64,000 nt of DNA from Octopus bimaculoides (lineage: Eukaryota). The notes beneath the pieces were generated by a model that worked only from the letters and a program-made list of their open reading frames with translations, was not told where the DNA came from and did no database searches. Shown one piece after another: positions 12,963 through 25,413 of the stretch; position 1 is the first letter of the stretch; the number at the start of each line of letters is the position of its first letter. The position numbers were made by a program, and so were the translations under genes. The DNA lies in the NCBI RefSeq assembly GCF_001194135.2, contig NC_068981.1:100194276-100258275 (forward strand). Reading direction: 5' to 3'.

Positions 12963-13565
12963 ATCATCATCATCATTATTGAGTGAGAGAGCAAAGCATG
13001 ACATCAAAGTGACCCTGGGATACAAATATATGAAGTCCAATATACTCATCATGACTGCCCATTTGATAAGGGTACACCAGGTACATGCATCACAATCATG
13101 TGTGCGATATGGTGATCTCATATAAAGATAAACAGTGCGTATCAAGATAAACAGACCTTCTTCATGTCAAGTAGCCTATCCCACTCAAAAGATCCCTGAA
13201 TAAGGTTTGTTTAAGGATTATGAATGAAACACCCATGTTTTCAGAGGTGAATTATTCAAACTCCAAAGAATTTCTCTCAACACATGGCTGTTATGCTTTT
13301 CCACTACTCTTGCTCATGATCAGAGACACATGTATCATCAGCCACTAAGGAACATGATCAACCAGTTAAGGTCAAGTAACTGACAAGCAAATGTGTGGTA
13401 TTGAGCAGAATATTTGCTGTAGCCCATCTTTTACACCAAGATAAAACATGTACATGATAACACTTCCAATTATTTAAGATTAGAAACCATGAGAGTCACT
13501 GCCACATACTACATCAAGGCAAGCCCCTACTTGGTACTGCATCACAGCAGCCATTGCCTGGTACA
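12963..13565 (-). mobile_element. Unclassified dispersed repeat with (GAT)n tail on the minus strand
   Basis: (CAT)n at the left end, higher GC than flanks; recognised from memory as a common octopus repeat, with no second copy in the window. Confidence 0.4.
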
Positions 13566-13570
13566 GCATA

Positions 13571-13609
<39 letters not shown>

Positions 13610-13611
<2 letters not shown>

Positions 13612-14142
13612 TGATGTGCATAAATATTTTACATTCAGAACCGATGTCCTTGATACCAGGTCAAGACTAGTTTACTTTCATATTGAGGACCTTTCTTACA
13701 ACCATTGCTGTTCCCAATAGAGTACATTTCTGAATTAACACAAGTCTCATAGTTACACCAATCTCTATAAGAAAATTCTTAAATTTGTTGGTGACAGTAC
13801 CTAGGGCACCTACAACAATTGGGACTAACTTTGGTAGACACCCTCCATAGTCATTCTATTACCTTAGCCAAATCCTGGTATTTTCCTATCTTCTCCTGTT
13901 CTTTGATGGCTACATGCATGTCTGCAGATACAGCCACATCTATGATGATGCACACTTATTTCCTTTTGTCAGGAACCATAATATCTAGTTGCTTGGCATG
14001 AATTTTGCAATCAGTCTGTACATTAATATCCCATAAAACCTTATACTGGTTGCTCCCTATTACACTTTCTAGTTTATATTCATACCATTTTCTTTCTACT
14101 TCAAATCATCTTTGCCATAATGTCGCAGTGTAGTGTTTTGGC
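13610..14142 (-). pseudogene. R4/Dong-clade non-LTR retrotransposon 3' end (restriction-like endonuclease)
   Basis: Minus-strand translation KVLWDINVQTDCKIHAKQLDIMVPDKRK*VCIIIDVAVSAD..KEQEKIGKYQDL..LWRV / VPIVVGALG..IQKCTLLGTA / RKVL; (TAA)n on both sides. Confidence 0.9.
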
Positions 14143-14169
14143 TTATTATTATTATTATTATTATTAAGC

Positions 14170-15214
14170 GAAAGCAAAATCGTGATGGCACCACCATTCG
14201 AGCGTGATCGTTATCAGCATCGCGTTCTTGGCACTTGTGCCGGTGGCATGTGAAAAGTCATTTGAGCGAGATCGTTGCCAGTGCCGCTGGACTGGCTGCT
14301 GTGCAGGTGGCACGTAAAATATACCATTTTGAGCATGGCCGTTGCCAGTACCGCCTGACTGGCCTTCGTGCCGGTGGCATGTAAAAGCACACCCTACACT
14401 CTCGGAGTGATTGGCGTTAGGAAGGGCATCCAGCTGTAGAAACTTTGCCGGATCTTTTTTAAAACGGGGGCCACATTTTTCATTAATGTTTTACGTAGTG
14501 TTTTTGGTACCGAAAGACTTTCAAACTTCGTATACTTATCTATTTTGTGTTATAGAATAGAAAAATATTTTTGTATTCGAATTTATTTCATGTNNNNNNN
14601 NNNNNNNNNNNNNNNNNNNNNNNNNNNNNNNNNNNNNNNNNNNNNNNNNNNNNNNNNNNNNNNNNNNNNNNNNNNNNNNNNNNNNNNNNNNNNNNNNNNN
14701 NNNNNNNNNNNNNNNNNNNNNNNNNNNNNNNNNNNNNNNNNNNNNNNNNNNNNNNNNNNNNNNNNNNNNNNNNNNNNNNNNNNNNNNNNNNNNNNNNNNN
14801 NNNNNNNNNNNNNNNNNNNNNNNNNNNNNNNNNNNNNNNNNNNNNNNNNNNNNNNNNNNNNNNNNNNNNNNNNNNNNNNNNNNNNNNNNNNNNNNNNNNN
14901 NNNNNNNNNNNNNNNNNNNNNNNNNNNNNNNNNNNNNNNNNNNNNNNNNNNNNNNNNNNNNNNNNNNNNNNNNNNNNNNNNNNNNNNNNNNNNNNNNNNN
15001 NNNNNNNNNNNNNNNNNNNNNNNNNNNNNNNNNNNNNNNNNNNNNACCAGTGTTCCAAGTTTCAAAGTGTTTCGTTAATGAAAAATGTGGCCCCCGTTTT
15101 AAAAAAGATCCACTTTGCCAAATCAGATTAGAGCCTGGTGTAGCCATCTGGTTCACCAGTCCTCAGTCAAATCGTCCAACCCATGCTAGCATGAAAAGCG
15201 GACGTTAAACGATG

Positions 15215-15215
<1 letters not shown>
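14170..15215 (+). mobile_element. Young RTE-type 3' tail element with about 66-bp internal subrepeats, split by a DNA element
   Basis: CpG-rich; tail sequence continues across 14449/15112. Confidence 0.85.
14450..15111. mobile_element. DNA transposon derivative with perfect 37-bp TIRs and 8-bp TSD (contains a gap)
   Basis: TIR GGATCTTTTTTAAAACGGGGGCCACATTTTTCATTAA at both ends; ACTTTGCC at 14442-14449 and 15112-15119. Confidence 0.95.
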
Positions 15216-15249
<34 letters not shown>

Positions 15250-15343
15250 TGATAGATATTATAGAGACAGATAAATTTGATAGCTGAGACAGACAGACAG
15301 ACAGACAGACAGGCAAACAGATAGATAGATAGACTGATAGATT

Positions 15344-15388
<45 letters not shown>

Positions 15389-15989
15389 GCAGACAGGTGT
15401 GTATATATGCATGTAGGAAGGTAAGTAGGTAGGTGAGTGCATGGATAGATAAATGGTCGGATGGATGAATAATATTTTTTTACTTGCATTTATCACAGCT
15501 AGATATACAAGTGTAGCTTTGTATCAATCTAGTTGATACAGACAGATATATCATATAGATATGTTTGTTAGCTAGCTAATGGTTATATCATCATTTCAGC
15601 AAATGTATGCATGCATTCTATATTTCAACAATTAAATTTCATACTCAGAATCTTCATTTGAAGAATTAGCATAAATTTCCCAAAGGAGAAAAATATCTAA
15701 ATTGAATAGAAAGAAAATTAAATTAATTAATAAATAACCATGAAAAAGAATCAGCTCCTGGAATGTATTCATTAGAATGAAAGACAGATAACCAAAATCA
15801 GAGTTGTGGCATGAGAATATAAGATAGCGTCATTTCCAAATGTATCAATAACACAAAATAATTCATTGGGATCCTATTAAAAGTAAAATGCATAGTAAAC
15901 ACATAGACATATTAAATAAAAAAGAAAACTCATGGCACTATACATTATAAAGAAGCAAACATAACTCTCAAAACTGCCAGTAACATCAA

Positions 15990-16435
15990 TTCATGTTCAC
16001 ATGAGTGCAAGATCAATATTTGTTCTATGAGAATGTTTAAAGAACGCTCACTATGCAAGCTCAAGTAGAGAGCATCCTCCTCTATAGAACCAAAACTTGA
16101 ACTATGAAGAAGGAACTTTCAATATTATCTTGTGTGTACATTCACCCAGTTTTTCACAAAGACATGAGGCGTCTCACTGCATGAGCACAAGACCACTGTG
16201 GAGACTGATGGACACATTCCACTTATCTCTAACAATATTGTGCAAAGCAGAGTAGGCTTTACTGGCCACTGCTAATGTACAGAAGAACAGGCCATAACAT
16301 GTTATGGTTTAAAAGCCTCCTTACCTTAATGCAAGACAAAGACCACTGAACTACATTGACGTTATTAGCACAGACATAAAATATGAAACTGAATATTTAT
16401 ATAAGTTAATGGGGTACAAAGATTTGTAGCATCTA
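15990..16435 (+). pseudogene. Decayed RTE/RTE-X-like LINE C-terminal fragment
   Basis: AQVESILLYRTKT*T (cf. VESILLYGSETWT), QSRVGFTGHC (cf. RRLRFAGHC), YIDVISTD (cf. TYIDQL.RD). Confidence 0.7.
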
Positions 16436-16503
16436 TTCATTCATCCATCCATCAATTCAAACATTACACTCACACATCTGTATGCATGTATGCATGTATG
16501 CAC

Positions 16504-16538
<35 letters not shown>

Positions 16539-16884
16539 TGATTTTTCTTTGAGTTTTAAGTTCTTATTGAGAGAGTTCAAGCCAGTTGCTAACAAAGTGA
16601 CAAGACTTTTTGGGTTAAGGGAGTTCATGGTGTTTGTAAATATGTGGTGGAGTTGGTGTGTTGGTTGAAGTGTCAATGCATACACCAAAGTGTGTGCATC
16701 TATTCACAAAAGAATCTCAGATGGAGAATTTTGAGAATGTCTCACAAATCTTCACTGTGCCACTGATAGACTAGATTTGGAAAATCCACACCTGTTTCTT
16801 TTGCTCTTTCTCCATGAAACCGAGTATTTCTAGGTCTTTGGGTAAATTTGTTGGTACATAACCTAATGCACTTATGTATGTATG

Positions 16885-17728
16885 TACATGGTCTGATTAA
16901 CAAGTATTCAGACTGTTGCTATAGTAACAAAGCTAAAGCACAGAGAGTAAAGCCACTAAGTTTTAACATTCTAGCTTGCTTCCACTGTTTACAGCAGTGC
17001 TTGGAAGGAAGGTGTGTGGTGTGTGATCATCGCATTCACCATGACAAAGAAAGTTGAACAGAGAATCTGCATCAAATTTTGCCAAAAGCTTGGCGATACC
17101 TGCTCAGAGGCCTGTGGAAAGTTTTCAAAAAGTTTTCATCTTTTTCAACACAATCAACTGAAACCCAGGTGTCTTTTTGGTCAACTGAAAGCAGTTTTGG
17201 CACAAACTTGGCTGACATGCATCTCATACCCAAATCTTCAGTGACAATGGACTGAATTGAACTCTAACAAATCTGCACGTCCTTTGATAACTCACGGGTA
17301 ATGATTCGATGATTTCTCCTCACGGTTGCACACACATCTGCGATGTTTTCCTCAGTTCTGCTGGGTGCGTGTCTCCCAGAACGTTCATCAATATTGACAT
17401 TTTTTCAGCATTCTTGGAAACATCTGAACCACTTGTACACTAGTGTGCAGCTCATACACTTCTTCCCATACACTTTCTGCAACTTTGCATAGGCCTCTGA
17501 GCAGGTATTGCCATGACAACTTTCTTTGTCATGGTCAATGCGATGATGTCATGCTACACACCTTCCTTCCAAGCACTGCTGTAAACAGTAGAAGTGAGCT
17601 AGAATGTTAAAACTTAGTGTGCATGCACAGCAGAGTTCAAGGTCAATCTGTGCTAAGCAACTTCACTCTATATACATTAGCTTCACTACAATGGCAACAG
17701 TCCGGATACTTATTGATCAGACCTAATA
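16885..17728. mobile_element. Mariner deletion derivative with two inward-facing 5' ends (fold-back)
   Basis: TA-NNN-GGTCTGAT ends on both sides; + strand MTKKVEQRICIKFCQKLGDTCSEA; minus strand MTKK../YKWFRCF..DERSGR..VPKLLSVDQK..ENFLK. Confidence 0.9.
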
Positions 17729-18489
17729 TGTATGGATAGATGGATGGATGGATCAACAGATGGATGGATCAACAGATGGATGGAGGTACATTGCTAAGTC
17801 GGAGATGCTGGAGCAAGACAGGTCATGATAGTTTTTGAGACCTATTTTTTCCCCAACAAAATTGTGGAAGAGGTTTAATTCATTTAAGTTTTTAAGGATC
17901 ATAATCAAACCTCAGAAATTATAAATGAAAAGAAAGTATGCATGTAATTCTCGAGACATTGTAATGCAAATTGAACAAAATAATTTTCAAATTGCTTGAT
18001 TTAAATGATTTGGTGATTCCATAGCAAACACATGTCAGTTTACAAACCCAGGTAGGTGACACATCTGCTCATGGAAATTTCTTATTATTAATTGATAGAG
18101 ATGATATGTTTTTTTCCATACCTCATTTCATGAACAGAAAATCCTTAGTTCAGAATCCCTTGTATATGTCTGGAAGCTAAAACTCGATTTAATAAGAATG
18201 TCCTCCAGAATTTCATATTGCTTGGAAATCATCCTTTCAATTTCTTTCCTTACTTGCATACGTAGCAAGTAAATAAATAATGATAGAAAGAAAAACAATC
18301 ATTTTGCATATTTTTTTATCTCCACAAAATAAAAAAAACCCTCCTTTTCTGACTTGTTTACTTTATGTACTCACACTTCAATTTGCTGCTTATATATCAT
18401 TGCTCTTTGATAAAGTCTATCTCTGCTTAATTGATATAGTAATATACCTGTGTCTGTATGTCTGTCTCTCACACACTCTCTTTCTCTGC

Positions 18490-18542
<53 letters not shown>

Positions 18543-19381
18543 CTGAGAGAAGATCACATCTTGAATTGTAGAATTAACCTTACAAAGCCAACAACAGTTT
18601 CTGTCATATCAACATATTTATCATATATATCATTAAAATAGATAGATATCATTCAACTACGGTAGTAGTTGAATATCATTCTTAAGGCTGCAATTTACTC
18701 ACATGCAGCATCTTTCAGAGCTTGTCGTTAATTCAGTTCTTAACCAAACTGAACACTGTTGACATATTTGAAGAGGACTGGTCCCTAGCTACATTTTGCC
18801 ATTAAAAAATCGAGATTAGGTCCAGTAGAAAAAGTTTTACATCAAAACTTGTAGCAACATTATAGGAGAGTAATTAATGCCACCAATCGAGTTTAGATCT
18901 AAATAACTTTTTTTTTAATTTAAAAGCAAAATATATTCATCTTAGCTTCAATGATAGAAGAAAGCATGAGGGATTTCATAGTTTTGGTCCCATGCAACAA
19001 AAATTTGCATCAAAAATATTGTGAGGTAAAATATCATGAAAAAAATATATAAACAAGGTAAAAAATTAGATTTAAGTATAATTAACTTTTTTATTTTAAA
19101 AACAAACTATTTTAATTAAACTTAAATGATAGAGCTCAATTCAAGGAATTTCATGGTATCAACCTCATGCAATAAAGTTTTAAAAGAAAAAAGTTATGAG
19201 TGTTTGTTTCTCAAATTTGAGGGTGATAATATAGTTCTATACTTTTTTATGAAGATAGTTCTACAAGGGGGCTTTTAATATATTTCACCAGTGTCACTGA
19301 GGTAAGGAAAAAATTATCAATGACACTGTCAACTGACACATTATTAATTAGCATAATAGCATAGCCTGGAAGAAACATGGA

Positions 19382-20253
19382 TTACATGGAAAAATGAAAG
19401 CAAGAGAAATAATATTCTTAAGATTATAAACCTGGAAAATTACAGAAGTTATTACACTTGAAAAAGTTCAGGACAGCTTATTACATCTGGTAAAATACAG
19501 AACAAGAAAATTTTTACTTAAAATATTGCAGCGAAGGATAAAATTTGAATATTAAAAATTATTTGATTTTTATTTACAAAGTAACATTATAATTAAAAAG
19601 GGTACAATCATTTTGTTGAAATATTGACACATTAGAATACTTAAAAAATGAGAGCCGGAAGTACCAATATAGCTAAAGTTTTATGCAAAGCAGAATAGTA
19701 TAATGGTAGGCAAATTCATTAAATAAAAAATAGGCATGGGGTCAAGACTAAAAATGTGAAGACTTGGCAATAAATTAGGCAATAACTTAAGCAAATTTAC
19801 TGTGAATTTGTTGTTATAGGTAGATTTTACTGTAATATATAACTAATTTTTGCATTATTTTATTTATTGTACTAATTATGTACTACTATTATTTTTATAA
19901 CCTATTTTCAAATTTCAAATTTTTAATTAGGAATTTAAAAAATTACTTTTTTTAAAGTGCAAAAAATATTTTGAGTTATTTTTGATTTAACAAGTAATAA
20001 CAAATAGAAGTAATAACAAATAGAAGTAATAACTTGTAATAAAATTTTTAGTTTTAATAAAAGCTAATATTTTCTAAATCTAAATATTTTATTTGAAATT
20101 TTATCCTTAGCCACAATATTTCAAGTAAAAATTTTCTTGCTCTGTACTTTACCAGATGTAATAAGCTGCCCTGAACTTTTCCAAGTGTCCTGTACTTATC
20201 CATGTTTGTAATCTTAAGAATATTATTTCTCTTGGTCGTATTTTTCCATGTAA
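19382..20253. mobile_element. Long-TIR (about 185-190 bp) non-autonomous DNA element
   Basis: 19382-19575 is the reverse complement of about 20085-20253 (roughly 80-85% by eye); TA-CATGGAAAAAT termini. Confidence 0.85.
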
Positions 20254-20313
20254 CAGAAAATATCATTGAAATAAATATTTTGGAATATATATATATATAT
20301 ATATATATATAGT

Positions 20314-20480
20314 GGAGGCACAATGGCCAAGTGTTTAGGGCAGTGGACTTGCGGCCATGGGATCACGGTTTCAATTCCCAGACCAGGTGTTGTGAGTGTT
20401 TATTGAACGAAAACACCTAAAGCTACACAAGACAATGGCAGGAGGTGGAGGCAAGCCCTGCTGTACTCTTTCACCACACT
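20314..20480 (+). mobile_element. tRNA-derived SINE family E, 5' part (related 3' part recalled at about 46960-47090, minus)
   Basis: GGAGGCACAATGGCCAAGTGTTTAG A-box and GGTTTCAATTCCC B-box, tRNA-like head. Confidence 0.7.
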
Positions 20481-20667
20481 AAACCATTAAAGCAGTAATA
20501 TATTTATAGAAGGTCGAGTATAATGCCTTGTCTGATGAGTTACCTCTACAGCTATGTGCATTATAGGTGCAAAACCAATTGTCACTCTCTGACTGGGCAT
20601 AACAATCAACCTTCTATATATATATATGCATATACATCCATATATACACATGTATATTTTTCGTCTT

Positions 20668-21058
20668 TTATTTACTTCAGTCATTAGACTGTAGCTATGT
20701 TGGGGCACCACCTTGAAGAATTTTAATCAAACTTATCAGCCACAGTACTTGTTAAGTTTTGTAAAGAAGCCTGGTGCTTTTTCTATCAGTGTCTTTTGCT
20801 GAACCACTAAGTTACAGGGATGTAAACACATCAACACCAGTTATCAAGCAGTGGTAGATGACAGATATACACACACACACAGACACACATATATATACGA
20901 TGGGCTTCTTTCAGTTTCCATGTTCTAAATCCACTCACAAGGCTTTGGTTAGCCTGATGTTATATAAGACACTTGCCCAATGTGCCACGCAATGGAACTG
21001 AACCCAGAACAATATGGTTGGGAAGTAAAATTCTTACCATATTGTCATACCTGCACCT
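20668..21058 (-). mobile_element. SINE family A, near full length
   Basis: Reverse complement of the family A consensus across both modules. Confidence 0.85.
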
Positions 21059-21080
21059 ATAATATATATACATATATAAA

Positions 21081-21127
<47 letters not shown>

Positions 21128-21544
21128 NNNNNNNNNNNNNNNNNNNNNNNNNNNNNNNNNNNNNNNNNNNNNNNNNNNNNNNNNNNNNNNNNNNNNNNNN
21201 NNNNNNNNNNNNNNNNNNNNNNNNNNNNNNNNNNNNNNNNNNNNNNNNNNNNNNNNNNNNNNNNNNNNNNNNNNNNNNNNNNNNNNNNNNNNNNNNNNNN
21301 NNNNNNNNNNNNNNNNNNNNNNNNNNNNNNNNNNNNNNNNNNNNNNNNNNNNNNNNNNNNNNNNNNNNNNNNNNNNNNNNNNNNNNNNNNNNNNNNNNNN
21401 NNNNNNNNNNNNNNNNNNNNNNNNNNNNNNNNNNNNNNNNNNNNNNNNNNNNNNNNNNNNNNNNNNNNNNNNNNNNNNNNNNNNNNNNNNNNNNNNTATA
21501 TATATATATATATATTTATCGTTGATAGCAAAAAAAAAAATACC

Positions 21545-22110
21545 TAACAGGTTGGCACTCAATGAGGAAGGTCCATGAGTTTTTTTTTGCAACCACCCTA
21601 ATCGAAAGTCAAATAAAAATTATGAGAGAAGACTATGATGAGCTCAGTTCCCACACTGAGCTCTACAAAGAGATGATGCACCACAAACATCAAACGACTT
21701 TGAATAAGTTCTTCATTCCTCAAGTTAATTCTGCTATTGCTGATGAACTATTTGATAGAAGACAGTGTACCTCATCCTCCCACTAACTCTCACTTCACCA
21801 CCGCCTCTCACACAGTAGTCAACATCTATTGTGGTGAGTACGTACCCTACTACAATATTATGATTCTTATTTATTCCCTAACCTATTTCTCTTCAAATGC
21901 TTTTACGTACACCTTTCATAATGTGTATCAAATTGTTCCTTCTTTCTTTCTTTTTTGCTGTTCTTTTGCAAAAATATCCATTGGGAAGCATTATCATTAT
22001 CATTAAAGCATGAAAATCAATAGAAAATTATTTCTGCATTATGGGATTCCTGCATTATGGCAAGTTTGTCAGGGACGCATTACTCCCAAAATGCAAGAGA
22101 TTCCTAAATA
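21545..22110 (+). mobile_element. Probable pogo/Tigger 3' remnant
   Basis: LYKEMMHHKHQTTLNKFF resembles the Tigger transposase C-terminus (QTTLDKFF); Tigger-like terminal sequence at about 22045-22110. Confidence 0.45.
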
Positions 22111-23409
22111 TATCAATACATATACATGTACATATCTACATACATGTTTTTGAATCAAAAATTGACAGTTTGCTCAAGTTTCACCCAACACCTGTTTGCA
22201 ACTGAGAGTCTTGTCAAAAGATGGTATGCTGTATTGTATTTTGAGGAAGGGAAAAAAAACACATCTTGTATAGCATATAATAGAATATGTATTTTATAAT
22301 TTTTACAGTGAGATATGCATGTATGTGTATGTGCACATGTGTGACATGCAGCTCTGTGTGTGTGAAAGTATTTACAAGTAAATATACACAACTAGATACA
22401 TATATATTTATGAAAAGGTGATGTTAACACTATATTCCTGGTTAATGTTTTTAATAATCAGTTCTGCTGAAACCCTGCTTCTGTTTTGTTATACATGAAA
22501 ATAGATTTCTTTTTGAAAATGTCTTCTGAGACTATGTTTTTAGCCAATATTTTATTGTTTTTATAAAGCATTAATGGAAAATGATATATCATAGAGAACA
22601 TATGGAATGCTATCTGAAATTTAGAAATGTTTGTCTGTTTACTGAGTTGTTGGAAGCACTGTAACATCTGAGTTGATGTGCAGTGAGCATTGTAATATGA
22701 ACAAATGCTGCTATAGATTCATAAGTGGCATTCATATCCAGTTTATTGAATGTTGTTAAAGATGTTAATCAAACATGTGGTTGTCTTTTGGTGCTTTCAG
22801 AACAGCAGGTAGAAATTTCCTTAGGTTTTACGCATTTCCATGACAATACATGTTTGTGAAAAAACAAGAAATTAAAATATATGATGTATTTGTATGAATA
22901 TGTGTGTGTATGAGTGTGCATGTGCATATGTGCATGTGTGTACGTGTGTGTGTGTGTGTGTATGTGTGTGTGTGTAAGTGTGTGTGTGTGTGTGTGTGTA
23001 AAACAAAATGAAAATGAGCCCAGAGTGAGTAGTTATAAGTATTCAAACAAAAACAACAAGGGCATATTAAATACCATTCAAGACAAAATCTTGATTCATT
23101 TGAAATATGTTTACTTCGGAAGTATCATAGAAAGTATCTTTATGTAAAGTACATGTCTGAACTAACAAATGCAGATTTATTCACTAAGATGGATCATGTT
23201 AACTGTATACACTGCAAGAACATCAGGGGATAAAATTCTGCATAGGGTTTGATATTCACCTAATATTGTCTGAGTGTGCAAATTAGTTTGTCCTAACAAG
23301 GTGCCTCAATTTAAGTCATTAATTCAACTGAAAATAACATATATACATATATATATGAATGTATACATGTATGTATGTGCATATATATATATTTATATAT
23401 GTGTGTGTT

Positions 23410-23479
<70 letters not shown>

Positions 23480-23552
23480 TATGTGTATGTATTATGTATA
23501 TATTTATGTTTTTGTGTGTGTGTGTGTGTGCATGTGTAGTGCGTGTGTATAT

Positions 23553-23685
23553 ACATCATCATCATTATCATTTAATGTCCGTTTTCCATGCTGGCATGGG
23601 TTGGATGGTTTGACTGAGGGCTGGCAAGCCAGAAGGCTGCACCAGGCTCCAATCTGATCCGGCAAAGTTGCTAAAGCTGGATGTG
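23553..23685 (-). mobile_element. RTE-type 3' tail
   Basis: (CAT)n TTTAATGTCCGTTTTCCATGCTGGCATGGGTTGG..., adjoining a TG/TA microsatellite. Confidence 0.85.
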
Positions 23686-23699
23686 CATAAGGAGGATTA

Positions 23700-23886
23700 A
23701 AAAGTATTTGTAACCGGTTTTCATTGCATGGTAAATTTTCAAGAAGAGGGGAAATGAAAATAATGTTTTTTACAAAAATATAAAAAATATATAAAAAAAT
23801 AAATATACCAATACCTTATATTGTCTTTGAGTTTTTAAAGTTCAATGGTAATCCATGTAGATAATTGTTAGATAGATTAGGATGCA
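23700..23886. repeat. Unclassified dispersed repeat (second copy at about 63905-64000, running off the window)
   Basis: TAACCGG.TTTCAT..GGCAAATTTTCAAGAAGAGGG..AATGAAAA..TGTTTTTTACAAAAA shared by both loci. Confidence 0.8.
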
Positions 23887-24126
23887 TGGAATTAAGAATC
23901 GTGTTGTTTTTAAAAAAGGCTGAGAGTTTATGTGTTAAACAGGAAGTGTGATGTCAAAATAGGAAGAGTATGTAAGGGAAGACAATTCTGTGGGTTTTAT
24001 AACAGAATTGTCTTCCCTTACACACACTTCCTGTTTTGACACCACACTTCCTGTTTTGACACCACACTTTCTGTTTAACACATAAACTCTCAGCCTTTTT
24101 TAAAAACAACACGATTCTTAATTCCA
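23887..24126. repeat. Large palindrome: arms 105/125 bp, 10-nt loop
   Basis: 23887-23991 pairs with 24002-24126; the right arm has an extra 20-bp unit CACACTTCCTGTTTTGACAC. Confidence 0.95.
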
Positions 24127-24134
24127 CGATTCTT

Positions 24135-24538
24135 GACCCAGAACAGACTACTACCTTCAGGGACTTGATGTAGGCATCTGTGTTGAGTCTGAGGGAAGAT
24201 GAATGGAGGCATAATGTTGCCATCACCAGTGATCACTCCAAACACAATGATGCTGCCTGGATGTTTGATTTTTATCACTCTTGGTACATGTCCTCAGATT
24301 GACATCCAAACACTCTGAAATGTTCATATTGGAGCTTCCAGCATTTATTCCAAGCAGTACAGCATGTCGTTTTCAAATTTCTGGCAGAGTGAATTGTATC
24401 ATGGTATTGTTCTTCTCACAGATGGTGTCCAACTGAATATACTAAACTTATGTAGTCAACAAAATCAAAAACAAACAATGCACATGCGCAAAATCAGAAA
24501 TATAAAATAGTGACAATTTACCTATTGCACCCTGTATA
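24135..24538 (-). mobile_element. maT/Tc1-type transposon 5' end with internal deletion
   Basis: Minus strand begins TACAGGGTGCAATAGGTAAATTGTC; encodes KHPGSIIVFGVITGDGNIMPPFIF and LRLNTDAYIKSL. Confidence 0.8.
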
Positions 24539-24733
24539 TTGTGTGTGTGTGTGTGTGTGTGTGTATTTATATATAGCTATTGGCATTCCACTACCAGCAA
24601 ATGACACCTAATCATTGTTTTACTTTACTGTCAGCTCAATGTTATGTTACCTAGCCAGTCTCACCATCCTAATTTTTCATATACCTAGATTCTAATGAAT
24701 CCTGTAACTAATCTGCATACACACACAAATACA

Positions 24734-24805
<72 letters not shown>

Positions 24806-25413
24806 TACATGTAGATATATATATATATATACACACATATATATATACATATACACTTATACACACATACCCATACATATGTATACATACATACATAGAT
24901 ACGTACACAAATACCTTATATTATAATTTATTGTAATATCTCATTTTTTAATCTTCAGGATATATACATATGCAGCATAAATGAATATTATTTTCCACAT
25001 TCTCCACATGGCAACTGCTTTAATGTATCTTTCATTACATAGCTGAATAAGAAGTTCTGTCAGTATATGGCTTACATTAGCTATCAGCTTCATTGAAGTT
25101 ACTCTCTCTACGCTTGGTGCCTGACTGTCTCTGCCTTGTTCATGACTTCGGTTACACCAATGTTATATGTCAATTATATCTATTGTCAACTCAAGTTCTG
25201 CATGTATATCTTTCATTTGACTGACTAGTATTTGTTAAATATGTATGGTTTTTGAAATGTCCCACAATCATTCTGCTATAATTGCATCTTTAAATAATAA
25301 CTTTATCTTATATTTTTGACATACTCAATATAAGAGCATTTTGTCTGTATTAAAATTTTAAATGGAAAGTAATTATGAGACAGATGTTCTTGTGACCATA
25401 TATTGTTAAGTAT

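Noticed and set aside
18651-18674. 10-bp perfect stem with 4-nt loop
   Set aside because: Expected occasionally by chance; no U-tract or other context.
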